A stretch of DNA of 64,000 nt from assembly GCA_047601445.1 (NCBI GenBank), contig JASGJH010000001.1, positions 4,704,001-4,768,000 on the forward strand, given 5' to 3'. The notes beneath the pieces are model-generated. The model ran no database searches. It was not told the DNA's origin and worked only from the letters and a program-made list of their open reading frames with translations. Numbering within the stretch: position 1 is the first letter of the stretch; each line of letters opens with the position of its first letter. Source of the DNA: Myxococcales bacterium. Its GTDB lineage: Bacteria > Myxococcota_A > Polyangia > Polyangiales > DASUME01. This document shows, piece by piece, positions 20,521-29,602 of this stretch. Made by a program: the position numbers and the translations under genes.

Positions 20521-21798
20521 ATGGACCGCTCCCTTGCCATCGACCACCACGCAGACCGCAGTGCCAACACCGCCGCCACGCTCGTGCTCATCGCGGGCCG
20601 CTCGCGCTCGCCCAGCTTTCGCTTCGAGCGCGGTGACCTCAGCCGCCGCATCACGGTCGGTCCTGGGCCCGGCTGCGACTGGCAGGTCGACACCAATGGC
20701 CTGGCACAGGTGGCGATGTTCTTCACCGGTGACTCGCTCTGGATCGACGTGGAGCGCGCCCACCGACTCTTGCTCTGCAACGAGCAAACGCTGCAGAAGG
20801 GCTGGTCTCGTCTGGATCACGGCGATCGACTGAAGCTCGGTGAGGTCAGCATCGGCGTGGAGCTCGCCCCCGATCTCAGGACACAAGACGCGTCGAGTGT
20901 GGGCGCTCCGTCCACGCAGCGTTCGAGCCAGGTCGGATCGAATACTGAAAACAGCATCGCCGCGATCATGCGGCTGGTGCGCGGTAGCTCGGAGCGCATG
21001 AGCTGGGGCTTCCGCAAGACCGACATCGGCATCGCCATCACGGTCGGTGCCGGGCGCAACTGCGACTGGTCCATGACCACGGGTGGTCACGAAATCCGCG
21101 AGGTCAGTCTGCTGTACGCCGGCGATACCCTGCTCGTTCGCCGAGAACAGCCGGGCAATCGACTGCGCCTCGACGGCGAGCCGCTCGGAGAAGATTGGAC
21201 TTTCGTGCCGCCGGGAAGCCGCCTCGAAATTGGCCTGGCATGTCTCGAACTGCAGGTCGGAAGCGAGCGCTCGAGCTTGCCACCGTTGCCATCGTTCGTG
21301 CGCCTGCCTCGCAAGTCGCCCGTTCCGCGTGGTCCCAAGTCGGGCATCATGCTTCAACCGCGAGAGGCCAAGACCGTGCCGGAACTTCCAGCCCAGTCCG
21401 AGCCGCTGATCACCCCGCCGCCCGCGGCCGTCATCAACACGCCGCTCCCTGCGGCCAAGTCCGAGTCGAGGCCGACCCTGCTGCCGAGGCAAGCGCAGGC
21501 GTTGGCGCGCGCTGACCTGATGCTGCGCAGCGGCGGAGCCCTCAGCAAGGTCGGCGACGCGAACTCCAAGCTGGAAGCGGGACCCAGCGCAGGCTCCGGC
21601 CGACCGCGGCGAAACGTGGTGGAGATGTCGAAGGACACCATGGAAGCGAAGCGCCCGCCCGAAGCCTGGGTGCAATCCATCGTGCCCAACCAGCGCCGCA
21701 ACAAGCGAACCTCGCGCAAGCTCAAGGCTTACGCGCTCGGGGGCTTCGTGCTCGCCGCGCTGTATGCGGCCTGGGTGGTGCTGCTCGACAAGGTCTGA
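20521..21798 (+). CDS. Protein with two degenerate FHA-like domains and C-terminal TM anchor
   Basis: Internal duplication (ITVGPGPGCDW / ITVGAGRNCDW; GDRLKLG / GSRLEIG), Pro-rich linker, terminal hydrophobic helix. Confidence 0.65.
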   Translation: MDRSLAIDHHADRSANTAATLVLIAGRSRSPSFRFERGDLSRRITVGPGPGCDWQVDTNGLAQVAMFFTGDSLWIDVERAHRLLLCNEQTLQKGWSRLDHGDRLKLGEVSIGVELAPDLRTQDASSVGAPSTQRSSQVGSNTENSIAAIMRLVRGSSERMSWGFRKTDIGIAITVGAGRNCDWSMTTGGHEIREVSLLYAGDTLLVRREQPGNRLRLDGEPLGEDWTFVPPGSRLEIGLACLELQVGSERSSLPPLPSFVRLPRKSPVPRGPKSGIMLQPREAKTVPELPAQSEPLITPPPAAVINTPLPAAKSESRPTLLPRQAQALARADLMLRSGGALSKVGDANSKLEAGPSAGSGRPRRNVVEMSKDTMEAKRPPEAWVQSIVPNQRRNKRTSRKLKAYALGGFVLAALYAAWVVLLDKV

Positions 21799-21807
21799 AG
21801 CTCGGGA

Positions 21808-22854
21808 CTAACGAGTGGCGCGCATCACACCGCGCTCGGCAAAGCTGATTCCCGCGAGCACGTCGGACAGCTGCTCGAAGACCGCCTTCTGAGCGGCCGC
21901 ACCGGCGGCCAGCGGATTGAGCACGCACACGTCGACGCCTTGCTCGGCGTAAGCACGGATGCGCGCGCGTACGTGGGCCTCGTCGCCCGCAATCCCGATG
22001 GCATCGCACAGCCGCGGCGTCATGGCCTTGGCCACGCCGGCGCGGTCACCCTTCGAAAAGGCCTCCTTCACGGCCAGGGCCTCCTGCTCCATGCCTATCC
22101 ACTGGAAGAAACGGTTGTAGCCACCTACCGCCACGTAGGGCCCGAATGCCATGCGCACTACCTCGCGTCCGTGATCGATGGAAGGCAGCACGCTGACGTG
22201 GAGACGCGCTACCACTTCGAGACTGGCCGGGTCGCGCCCCGCCTCTTCGGCGCCACGCCGCACCTCGCCCAGCACCTGCTTGAGCGCGCTCTCGGGCACC
22301 ATGTTGAGCACCACGCCGTCGGCCAGCGCGCCAGCCAGGCGCAACATCTGCGGGTTGAGGGCGCCCACGAAGAGCGGCACCTCCACCTTCGACGGCAAGC
22401 GGAAGTTCTTCATGCTCAGAGTCTCGCCCGCGACCTGCACCTTCTCGCCTGCAAAGGCCTTGCGCAGCGCGCCCAGTGCCTCACGCATACGCGGGATGGG
22501 CTTGTCGTAGGGCTGCCCCGCCCAATCGCGCACGATGTTCTCGGAGGAGATGCCGAGGCCCAAGCTAAAGCGCCCCCCGGTGAGCTCGCTCAAGGTGTAG
22601 GAGCCGAGCGCGTGGATCATCACGGAGCGCGTCGCGAGCGGCAGCACGCCCATGCCGATGCGCACGCCGGGCGCCGCCTGACTGAGCGCCCCCGCGAGGG
22701 CGTAGCACTCGGCCGCGTTGACCTCGGCCAGCCAGAGTTCGTCATACCCCTTCGCGCACATCTCTTTGGCCAGGGCGACCGCGTGCTGGGCGACCGGAGG
22801 CTGGCTGGGAACCATGGGAACGGTGAGTCCGAGACGCGGGCGAAGGGCGGTCAT
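21808..22854 (-). CDS. Luciferase-like (LLM) flavin/F420-dependent oxidoreductase
   Basis: GYDELWLAE, GGRFSLGLG, GALNPQMLRLAGALADGV. Confidence 0.88.
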   Translation of the reverse strand: MTALRPRLGLTVPMVPSQPPVAQHAVALAKEMCAKGYDELWLAEVNAAECYALAGALSQAAPGVRIGMGVLPLATRSVMIHALGSYTLSELTGGRFSLGLGISSENIVRDWAGQPYDKPIPRMREALGALRKAFAGEKVQVAGETLSMKNFRLPSKVEVPLFVGALNPQMLRLAGALADGVVLNMVPESALKQVLGEVRRGAEEAGRDPASLEVVARLHVSVLPSIDHGREVVRMAFGPYVAVGGYNRFFQWIGMEQEALAVKEAFSKGDRAGVAKAMTPRLCDAIGIAGDEAHVRARIRAYAEQGVDVCVLNPLAAGAAAQKAVFEQLSDVLAGISFAERGVMRATR

Positions 22855-22961
22855 GCAGGGCTCTCTACCACAGCCCAGGCGTGGCTCCTATGGGCTGGAG
22901 AGCTCTCCTCGCCGGGCGCGGATTGCCGGGACCCGCGGGGCCGCACTATAGAGCGGGACCC

Positions 22962-24137
22962 ATGACCTTGCCCTTCACCGTGCGGGCCCTCGATGTCCAC
23001 TCGCGCGCGCGCCGCGGCACGCTGATCACCGCCCACGGCGCGGTGGAGACGCCCGCTTTCATGGCCGTGGGTACACGCGCCACCGTGACCGGATTGACGC
23101 CGGATGATCTGCGCGCAGTGGGCGCGCAGGTGGTGCTGGGCAACACCTATCACTTGATGCTGCGCCCGGGTCCCGAGCTGTTTCGACGGGTCGGCGGCAT
23201 CCACGCGTACATGAAGTGGTCCGGCCCCGTGCTCACCGATTCGGGCGGCTACCAGATCTTCTCGCTCTCGGAGGACCGCACCATCAACGAGAAGGGTGCG
23301 CGCTTCAAGAGCTACGTCGATCAACGCTTCTATCTGCTCTCGCCCGAACGCTCCATCGAGATGCAGACGGCCATCGGCTCCGACATCATGATGGTGCTCG
23401 ACGAGTGCGTGGATTCGAACTCCGACGAGGCCCGCACGCGCGCCGCCATGGAGCGCACCCATCGTTGGGCCCTGCGCAGCTTGGCCGCGCGCACGAACCC
23501 GGCGCAGGCCCTGTTCGCCATCGTGCAGGGCGGTGTCGTGGCGTCGCTGCGCAAGGAGTCGGCGGACTTCCTGACCCAGCATCCATTCGACGGCTTCGCC
23601 ATCGGTGGACTCGCCGTGGGCGACACGCGCGCGCAGCGCGAGGAGATGACCCACTTCTCGGCGCAACTCTTGCCCGCCGAGCGTCCACGCTACCTGATGG
23701 GCGTGGGCACGCCGCCCGATTTGCTGCACGCAATTTTGGCCGGTGTGGACATGTTCGACTGCGTCCTGCCCACCCACCTCGGCTGGCAAGGCACCGGCTT
23801 CACCTCCACGGGGCGCGTACGCATCACGCGGGCTGCCAATGCCGATGCCGACGTGCCGCTCGACGCCGCCTGCAACTGCAGCACGTGCCGCACCTTCAGC
23901 CGCTCCTATTTGCACCATCTCTTCAAGTGCAGCGAGCCACTCGGACCGCGCCTCCTGTCGATCCACAACCTGCACCACTATCACAGCCTGATGGCCGAGG
24001 CGCGTGCCGCCATCGAAGCGGGCGTCTACGCGAGCTTCGCCAGGCAAAAGCTCGACGCCATCGATCGCCACGAGCACAGTGACAAGCGGCTCGGCGCCGC
24101 CTTAGCTGCAGTCGGCTCTCCAGTCGACGCGGTGTAA
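22962..24137 (+). CDS. tgt: tRNA-guanine transglycosylase, atypical variant
   Basis: ETPAFM, GNTYHL, TDSGGYQIFSL, DEC, QGG, GGLAVG, YLMGVG, DMFDC and Zn site CNCSTC...HN. Confidence 0.92.
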   Translation: MTLPFTVRALDVHSRARRGTLITAHGAVETPAFMAVGTRATVTGLTPDDLRAVGAQVVLGNTYHLMLRPGPELFRRVGGIHAYMKWSGPVLTDSGGYQIFSLSEDRTINEKGARFKSYVDQRFYLLSPERSIEMQTAIGSDIMMVLDECVDSNSDEARTRAAMERTHRWALRSLAARTNPAQALFAIVQGGVVASLRKESADFLTQHPFDGFAIGGLAVGDTRAQREEMTHFSAQLLPAERPRYLMGVGTPPDLLHAILAGVDMFDCVLPTHLGWQGTGFTSTGRVRITRAANADADVPLDAACNCSTCRTFSRSYLHHLFKCSEPLGPRLLSIHNLHHYHSLMAEARAAIEAGVYASFARQKLDAIDRHEHSDKRLGAALAAVGSPVDAV

Positions 24138-24138
24138 C

Positions 24139-24987
24139 GTGAGCACTTCCCGCGAGTGTGAGGTCGTGATCACGCGCAGTGGCGCACATGCGATGCTGGA
24201 TCACGCTTCCGGCGAGGTCATGCACCCGGTGGTGGGTCCCCTGGTAGAGGCCGAGCAACTCTACCTGCAACCGAGCCGCCTGCGCGAACGCTTGAGCACG
24301 TCGAGCAGCGACCCGCTCGTGCTGTTCGACGTGGGCCTCGGCGCAGGCTCCAACGCGGCCCTCGCGTTTCGCACCTCCGAGGCCTTGCGCGGCCTGCGCC
24401 GTCCACTGACCATCGTGAGCTTCGAGACCTCCCTCGCAGCCTTCGCGCTGGCCGCGACCTCCGAACACCGCGCCGCGTTCGGCCTCGACGACGACGTACT
24501 GCCCGCGGCGCGCGCGCTGCTCGAGCGGGGCGAACACCGCACACCCCACACGCACTGGCGGTTGGTGCGGGGCGACGTACTCGAGACCATCCGCGCGGAA
24601 CCGGCCCAAGCTGCCGATGTGGTGTTCTGGGATCCCTTCTCGCCGCGCGCCAATCCCGCGCTCTGGACCGCGGCAGCCTTCGAAGCGCTCCACCGCGCCT
24701 GTCGCCCCGGCGTCAGCGTCCACACCTACAGCACCGCGACCGCCGTGCGCAGCGCGCTCCTGTTGGCGGGCTTCGCCGTGGGCCAAGGACCGAGCACTGG
24801 CGAAAAGGCGCAGACCACCCTGGCGGCTCTGGACGCGCGAGATCTCGCGCAACCGCTCGACCTACGTTGGCTCACCCGGCTGACGCGCTCGTCGGCGCCC
24901 TTCCCTAGTGACGCTCCGCCAGACGCCATGCAGCGCGTGCACGCGCTGGCCCAGTTCAGTCCCGCGGACGCGCGAACCAGCCCTTGA
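24139..24987 (+). CDS. MnmC(MnmD)-like SAM-dependent methyltransferase
   Basis: Motif I DVGLGAG, SFE, GD, FWDPFSP..NPALWT, TYS..TAVR..L..AGF. Starts 1 nt after the tgt stop. Confidence 0.82.
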   Translation: MSTSRECEVVITRSGAHAMLDHASGEVMHPVVGPLVEAEQLYLQPSRLRERLSTSSSDPLVLFDVGLGAGSNAALAFRTSEALRGLRRPLTIVSFETSLAAFALAATSEHRAAFGLDDDVLPAARALLERGEHRTPHTHWRLVRGDVLETIRAEPAQAADVVFWDPFSPRANPALWTAAAFEALHRACRPGVSVHTYSTATAVRSALLLAGFAVGQGPSTGEKAQTTLAALDARDLAQPLDLRWLTRLTRSSAPFPSDAPPDAMQRVHALAQFSPADARTSP

Positions 24988-25330
24988 TCACATCGAGCAC
25001 GGTCTCGTGCTTCCAGTCCTTGAACTCGCCCGCGTCGAAGAACGTGCCCTGACACACCGGACAGGTCTCGAGGTGAATGTGGGACTGCTTGCTGTCCACG
25101 ATACGCACCATCGGTGTGGTGTCACGCGGGCAGCGAATGCGATCGTGGGTGTTGTGCTTCTGGCCCTCTTCGACGGTACCGATATCGATGGCCTCGGAGC
25201 CCGGCATCGCCTTCAACTTGTCGGCCTTGCGCGCGTCGAAGAACAACCCATGACACGAGGTGCAGCGCTCGACTTCAACCTTCTCGAAAACGACCGACTC
25301 CATGGCGGCACTGCACTTGGGGCAAATCAT
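24956..25330 (-). CDS. Double zf-TFIIB-type zinc-ribbon protein
   Basis: CPKC...CTSC.G.FFD and CPRD...CPVC.G.FFDAGE. Confidence 0.85.
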   Translation of the reverse strand: MICPKCSAAMESVVFEKVEVERCTSCHGLFFDARKADKLKAMPGSEAIDIGTVEEGQKHNTHDRIRCPRDTTPMVRIVDSKQSHIHLETCPVCQGTFFDAGEFKDWKHETVLDVIKGWFARPRD

Positions 25331-25417
25331 GGGACTCCTTGCTCGAGAAGCAGAGCACACCGGAAAGCCCCCGCGCCAGTCGATTCGCTGGCCCGCCACC
25401 CAGAGCGCCCGTGAGAA

Positions 25418-26122
25418 TCACTCGCTGCGCTGCTTTTGCGGCCGATAGGGGTACACCCAGCTCAAGAACGGGTTCACCGTGCGCGTTTGGACCCACACCT
25501 TGCCCTGCCCCGAGAAGCGCACCACCAACCCTTCGCCGCCGAAGAAGAACGACTTCGCGCGCCCGCCCAGACCGAGGCCCGGCAAGACGCTCACGTCGTA
25601 TCGCAAGGTATCCTCGAACGCGACCACGTAGCCCGTGTCCACCAGCATGTCCGTGGTGACATCGAGCTCCAGTACAGCTCCGTAGGCATTGAAGAACACG
25701 TCGCCCTCGCCGCTCGCTTGCAACAGGACGAGCCCTTGCCCCGAGAAGAAGCCGCGCGCGCCTGCCCACTTGGCCGTCACGTTCACACCTTCGCCGTTCG
25801 CGAGATAGCCGCCGCGCTGCACCATCAAACGCCCGCCGCGCAGGCGGTAGTGCACGATGTCGCCGGCGGGGCCGGGCGCCAAACAGAGCTCGCCCGCTTG
25901 CTGCGCGGTGTAGGTGTTCACGATCATGCTCTCGCCGGCGAACATGCGACCCATGCTGCCGAGCACGCCACCCTTGAGCCCCGCCTTCAGCTGGATGCCG
26001 GGATCCATGCTGGCCATGGCCGAGGGTTCGCTGAACAGCTTTTGTCCACTCGCGAGGCGCACGCGCAGCATGGCGAAGTCGGGGCGCTCGAGGATGTCGA
26101 AGTCGAACGAAGGAGTGGTCAC
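25418..26122 (-). CDS. AIM24/TIGR00266 family protein (3rd copy)
   Basis: SEPSAMASM, FAGES, PGPAGDI, GDVFFNAYG, VDTGYVVAF, GEGLV. Confidence 0.88.
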   Translation of the reverse strand: MTTPSFDFDILERPDFAMLRVRLASGQKLFSEPSAMASMDPGIQLKAGLKGGVLGSMGRMFAGESMIVNTYTAQQAGELCLAPGPAGDIVHYRLRGGRLMVQRGGYLANGEGVNVTAKWAGARGFFSGQGLVLLQASGEGDVFFNAYGAVLELDVTTDMLVDTGYVVAFEDTLRYDVSVLPGLGLGGRAKSFFFGGEGLVVRFSGQGKVWVQTRTVNPFLSWVYPYRPQKQRSE

Positions 26123-26135
26123 CGGGCGTCCTCTC

Positions 26136-26816
26136 TCAGCGTGGGTAGAGCATGGGTCCGAGCAGCTTGCCGAAGCTCGGAGGGTTGTGGCTCTGGCAGT
26201 AGAGCTTGCCGGTGCCACGGAAGTGACACACGAGTCCTTCGCCGCTCAGGTAGCTCTGCATCCAGCTGTCACCGAGCTTGCCGACCTCGAAGTTCAGGGT
26301 GTCCTCGAAGGCCACGATGTGTCCGGAGTCGACCACGTAGGTGCCGTCGATGGGTACCTCGTAGATGGCGCCGAAGCTGTTGAGGAACACGTCGCCCACG
26401 CCGCTGCACTTGACCCAAAACACGCTCTCGCCGGAGAACAGCGCCTTGCCGAGGCCCTGGAAGCTGCCGTCGATGTCCACGCCAGGGCCCGAGGCGAGCC
26501 AGCTCGACCCCTGCACGATCAAGGAGCCACCCGTGAGCCGATGGTGGACCACGTCTCCGCACAGGCCCGGCCCCAGGATGAGCTCCTGTCCCGCGGCGCC
26601 GGCGGTGAAGTGATTCAAGAAGAAGTTCTCGCCGGCCACCATGCGCTTGACCCCGGCCCAGAAGCCGCCGCCGCCTTTGCGACTCGCGCTGGTTTGCACC
26701 GTAAAGCCGCTGGTCATGGCGATCATCGCGCCAACCTCGCAGACCACGGTCTCGCCGCGCTGCATGGTGAGCTTCACGACGGACGCCGATGGACGCGCCA
26801 GAATTTCTGCCTGCAC
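26136..26816 (-). CDS. AIM24/TIGR00266 family protein (2nd copy)
   Basis: EVGAMIAM, AGENFFLN, FSGES, VDSGHIVAF, SGEGLV, QSHN. Confidence 0.9.
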   Translation of the reverse strand: MQAEILARPSASVVKLTMQRGETVVCEVGAMIAMTSGFTVQTSASRKGGGGFWAGVKRMVAGENFFLNHFTAGAAGQELILGPGLCGDVVHHRLTGGSLIVQGSSWLASGPGVDIDGSFQGLGKALFSGESVFWVKCSGVGDVFLNSFGAIYEVPIDGTYVVDSGHIVAFEDTLNFEVGKLGDSWMQSYLSGEGLVCHFRGTGKLYCQSHNPPSFGKLLGPMLYPR

Positions 26817-26826
26817 GTGAGACTCC

Positions 26827-27480
26827 TCAGAGGTGACTGTTGACCCAGCTCGCCAGGCCCTGAAGGGACCGACTCTGCATGTAGATGCGGCCTTGCCCGC
26901 GGATGCGCATCACGAGGCCCTCGCCGCTAAAAAAGCTGGAAAACAGGCCACCCGCCATCCCCAAGCGAAGCTCCAAAGTGGGCTCGTAAGCCACCAGATG
27001 CCCGCTGTCGACCACGTACTCGCCCTGCACGTCCTTCTCCACGATGCCACCGTAGGCACCGAACCAGACCCGGCCGTGGCCGCTCACCTTGAGCCGAAAC
27101 AAGCCCTCGCGCGCGATCAGGCTACGCAGGCCGGCGTAACCCAGCCCGAATTCGACGCTGGGGTCACAGGCCAGGAACGCGCCTGGCTGCAGGTAGAGCG
27201 TCTGCCCCTTGAGCTCCACCATCTCGATGTCTCCTGGGACCGGCTGGGTCAACACCAGCTCGCCCTCCGACTCGCTCGAGAACTCGTTCAGGAACAACGT
27301 CTCCCCGCCGAACAGGGCGCGCAAAATGGCGCGGAAGAAACCACCGTTCCAGCGCGTTTGCACGGCGATGGAGCTGGACATGCTCGCCATGGCGTCCGAT
27401 TCGGTAACGATGCGGTCCCCGCGCGCCAAACGGACCAACAGGTTCGCGAACGAAGGGCGATTGCGGATTTGGATCTGCAT
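26827..27480 (-). CDS. AIM24/TIGR00266 family protein (1st copy)
   Basis: ESDAMASM, GGETLFLN, PGDI, VDSGHLVAY, SGEGLV, QSR. Confidence 0.9.
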   Translation of the reverse strand: MQIQIRNRPSFANLLVRLARGDRIVTESDAMASMSSSIAVQTRWNGGFFRAILRALFGGETLFLNEFSSESEGELVLTQPVPGDIEMVELKGQTLYLQPGAFLACDPSVEFGLGYAGLRSLIAREGLFRLKVSGHGRVWFGAYGGIVEKDVQGEYVVDSGHLVAYEPTLELRLGMAGGLFSSFFSGEGLVMRIRGQGRIYMQSRSLQGLASWVNSHL

Positions 27481-27632
27481 GCGAGGGTGATTTTGTCAGA
27501 GCGACCCAAAGTGCCAACTTTTTTCACCGCGTGCCGAGGAGCTGCGCGAGTATTTGCCTGGAGGCCCGAGATCTCGAAGGCTTCGAGCAACAGCCGGCAC
27601 CCATCCCGCGCACGCACTTTCGAGGAGCAGCC

Positions 27633-27863
27633 GTGGCCATCTTGCGCTTGATCATCGAGCTCTATACCTACGTGATCTTCGCTGCCGTGGTGATCTCCTG
27701 GGTGCCCGACTTGCGGAAGTACCCGGTGGCGCGCTGGGTCGACTCGGTCACCGAGCCCGTGTTCGCCCAGGTGCGCAAGGTCATCCCGCCCATCGGTGGA
27801 CTCGATCTCTCGTCGCTCGTGGTGTTGGTGGGGCTGGGGTTGTTGCGTAACCTGTTTCGGTAA
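27633..27863 (+). CDS. YggT family membrane protein
   Basis: GAGGAG RBS; VISWVP, TEPV...RKVIPPIGGLDLS. Confidence 0.9.
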   Translation: MAILRLIIELYTYVIFAAVVISWVPDLRKYPVARWVDSVTEPVFAQVRKVIPPIGGLDLSSLVVLVGLGLLRNLFR

Positions 27864-27884
27864 TCGGCCCGAGCCCGACACCCT

Positions 27885-28988
27885 CTAGCGCTCGGCGTGC
27901 TTCTGCAGCTCCGCCCAATTGTCGAGCAACGGCTTTGACTCGATTGGGGTGGCAGCCGCGCGCACGTCCTTGATGCGTTGAGAGAGGTCGGGGTGGGTGC
28001 CCAGCCAAGACACGAAGCCTGGCAGGTTGCCCTCGCGCTTCTCGAGGATGACGAAGAAGTCCGCCAGCGCGTTCGGGTCGAGCTGCGCACGGGCGAGGGT
28101 CCGCACGGCGTCCATGTCGGCCTCGTGCTCCTGCTCCCGGCTGTAGCTGTTCACCGCTCCCTCTTGCAGCACCTGCACGGCCACCGCGGCGATGCCACTC
28201 ACGTCGCCGAACAAGAGCTGGATGGCCGCCACGATGCCGAGGGACTGGGCGATGCGCTTCATGCCGTGCCGGCGCGTGACGTGGGACATCTCGTGCGCGA
28301 GCACTCCAGCGAGCTGCTCGGGCGTCTTGGCGGCGCGGATCAAGCCCGTGTAAATCACCATGGGCCCGCCAGGCAAGGCGAAGGCGTTCACGATCGCGGC
28401 GTCCACCACACGGGGCTCGAACGTGAAGCCATCGACGGGTTTGGGCGCGAGCCGCTTCATGATGCGCTCGATGCCTTCCTTGAGCACCGGATCGGACACC
28501 ACGCTGCCCTGCAGGTCCATGTGCTCCACGGCCAACTCGCCGATTTGTTCGTCCACCGAACGCGGCAGCATCTGCACCGATGCTTGCCCTGCGCTCTTGA
28601 TGCCCAAGTAGCCGCCGCCCAGGAGCGCCACGGCCAAGAGCCCTAGCGCGAGCCACAAGCCCAAGCTGCGCCGCCCCTCCGCGCGCAAACGCAACGAGAG
28701 CTGCTCGAGCTGCGGCCCAAGCTCACGCCGCGCCTGCTCCCCGAGCGCTTCACGAAAGCCCGGCTCCTCGCAGAAGAGCGTAATCGCCTCGGGCTCGCGC
28801 GTGCGACAGAACCACATGCGCCCGCTGGCCCCGCCAAGCTCCAACTCACAGGCGCGATAGGGAACCCGAAAGATCTGCCCCTCGGCTGTCTCGCCCACCA
28901 ACGCGTCGCCCTCGAAGCGAAGCATCGCCCCCGCTCGCCCGCCCTCGATGGATTTGGCGAACACGCCGCCTTTGAAGTCGCGCTGCAT
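27885..28988 (-). CDS. M48 family metallopeptidase with N-terminal extra domain and TM helix
   Basis: NAFALPGG, HEMSH, YSREQEHEAD, THP. Confidence 0.92.
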   Translation of the reverse strand: MQRDFKGGVFAKSIEGGRAGAMLRFEGDALVGETAEGQIFRVPYRACELELGGASGRMWFCRTREPEAITLFCEEPGFREALGEQARRELGPQLEQLSLRLRAEGRRSLGLWLALGLLAVALLGGGYLGIKSAGQASVQMLPRSVDEQIGELAVEHMDLQGSVVSDPVLKEGIERIMKRLAPKPVDGFTFEPRVVDAAIVNAFALPGGPMVIYTGLIRAAKTPEQLAGVLAHEMSHVTRRHGMKRIAQSLGIVAAIQLLFGDVSGIAAVAVQVLQEGAVNSYSREQEHEADMDAVRTLARAQLDPNALADFFVILEKREGNLPGFVSWLGTHPDLSQRIKDVRAAATPIESKPLLDNWAELQKHAER

Positions 28989-29040
28989 CAACTGAAAAAA
29001 AGCGTAGCAGAAACTGACAAATCGCTTGGGCAGGTCGGCG

Positions 29041-29208
29041 GGCATCCTGCATCCGGCATCCGGCATCCGGCATCCGGCATCCGGCATCCGCCATCGGCCA
29101 TCCGCCAGCGGCCAGCGGCCAGCGGCCAGCGGCCATCCGCCATCTGCCATCTGCCATCTGCCAGCGGCCATCCGCTATCGGCCATCCGCTATCGGCCATC
29201 CGCTATCC
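29041..29208. repeat. Heptamer tandem array (24 in-phase units)
   Basis: Units GGCATCC, GCCAGCG, GCCATCT, GCCATCC and GCTATCG, all in 7-nt register. Confidence 0.92.
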
Positions 29209-29229
29209 GCACGCAGCGGTCCGCTTGCG

Positions 29230-29337
29230 GCCTCGGACACCGCCACCGCCTCGGACACCGCCACCGCCTCGGACACCGCCACCGCCTCGGACACTGCCAC
29301 CGCCACCGCCGTGGTCACGACCGCCGTGGTCACGACC
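29230..29337. repeat. 18-mer x4 plus 15-mer x2 tandem repeats
   Basis: GCCTCGGACACCGCCACC x4 (one mismatch), then GCCGTGGTCACGACC x2. Confidence 0.9.
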
Positions 29338-29416
29338 GCTACCGTGACAACGGCCGGCTTCCTCCTTCTCCGCGCGCAGAGGGTTGGCGGGGCTACCTAG
29401 TGGGGCAGGAGGAACG

Positions 29417-29602
29417 ATGCCTACTAGCGGACCTGCGACGGAGACCGCGCGTGCGGCTCGGCTCAGCCAGCATCCACTCAACGAGCTGCCCTGGATTCGG
29501 AACGCGGAAGCGCCGCCCATGGAGACCTCCGACGAGCTCCAGGACATGAGCGGAATGGACGCGTTCCCCGCCAGCGATCCCCCCTGCTGCGCCACCCCCT
29601 AG
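29417..29602 (+). CDS. Small protein with FPASDPP motif (61 aa)
   Basis: AGGAGG RBS; ends DELQDMSGMDAFPASDPPCCATP. Confidence 0.65.
   Translation: MPTSGPATETARAARLSQHPLNELPWIRNAEAPPMETSDELQDMSGMDAFPASDPPCCATP

Noticed and set aside
29041..29352. Possible CRISPR array
   Set aside because: The repeats are contiguous with no unique spacers, and there are no cas genes in the window.
28989..29400. ORFs reading MADGRW/MPDAGC and the N-terminal extension of the M48 ORF
   Set aside because: These are translation artefacts of the heptamer array; similar peptides appear in several frames.
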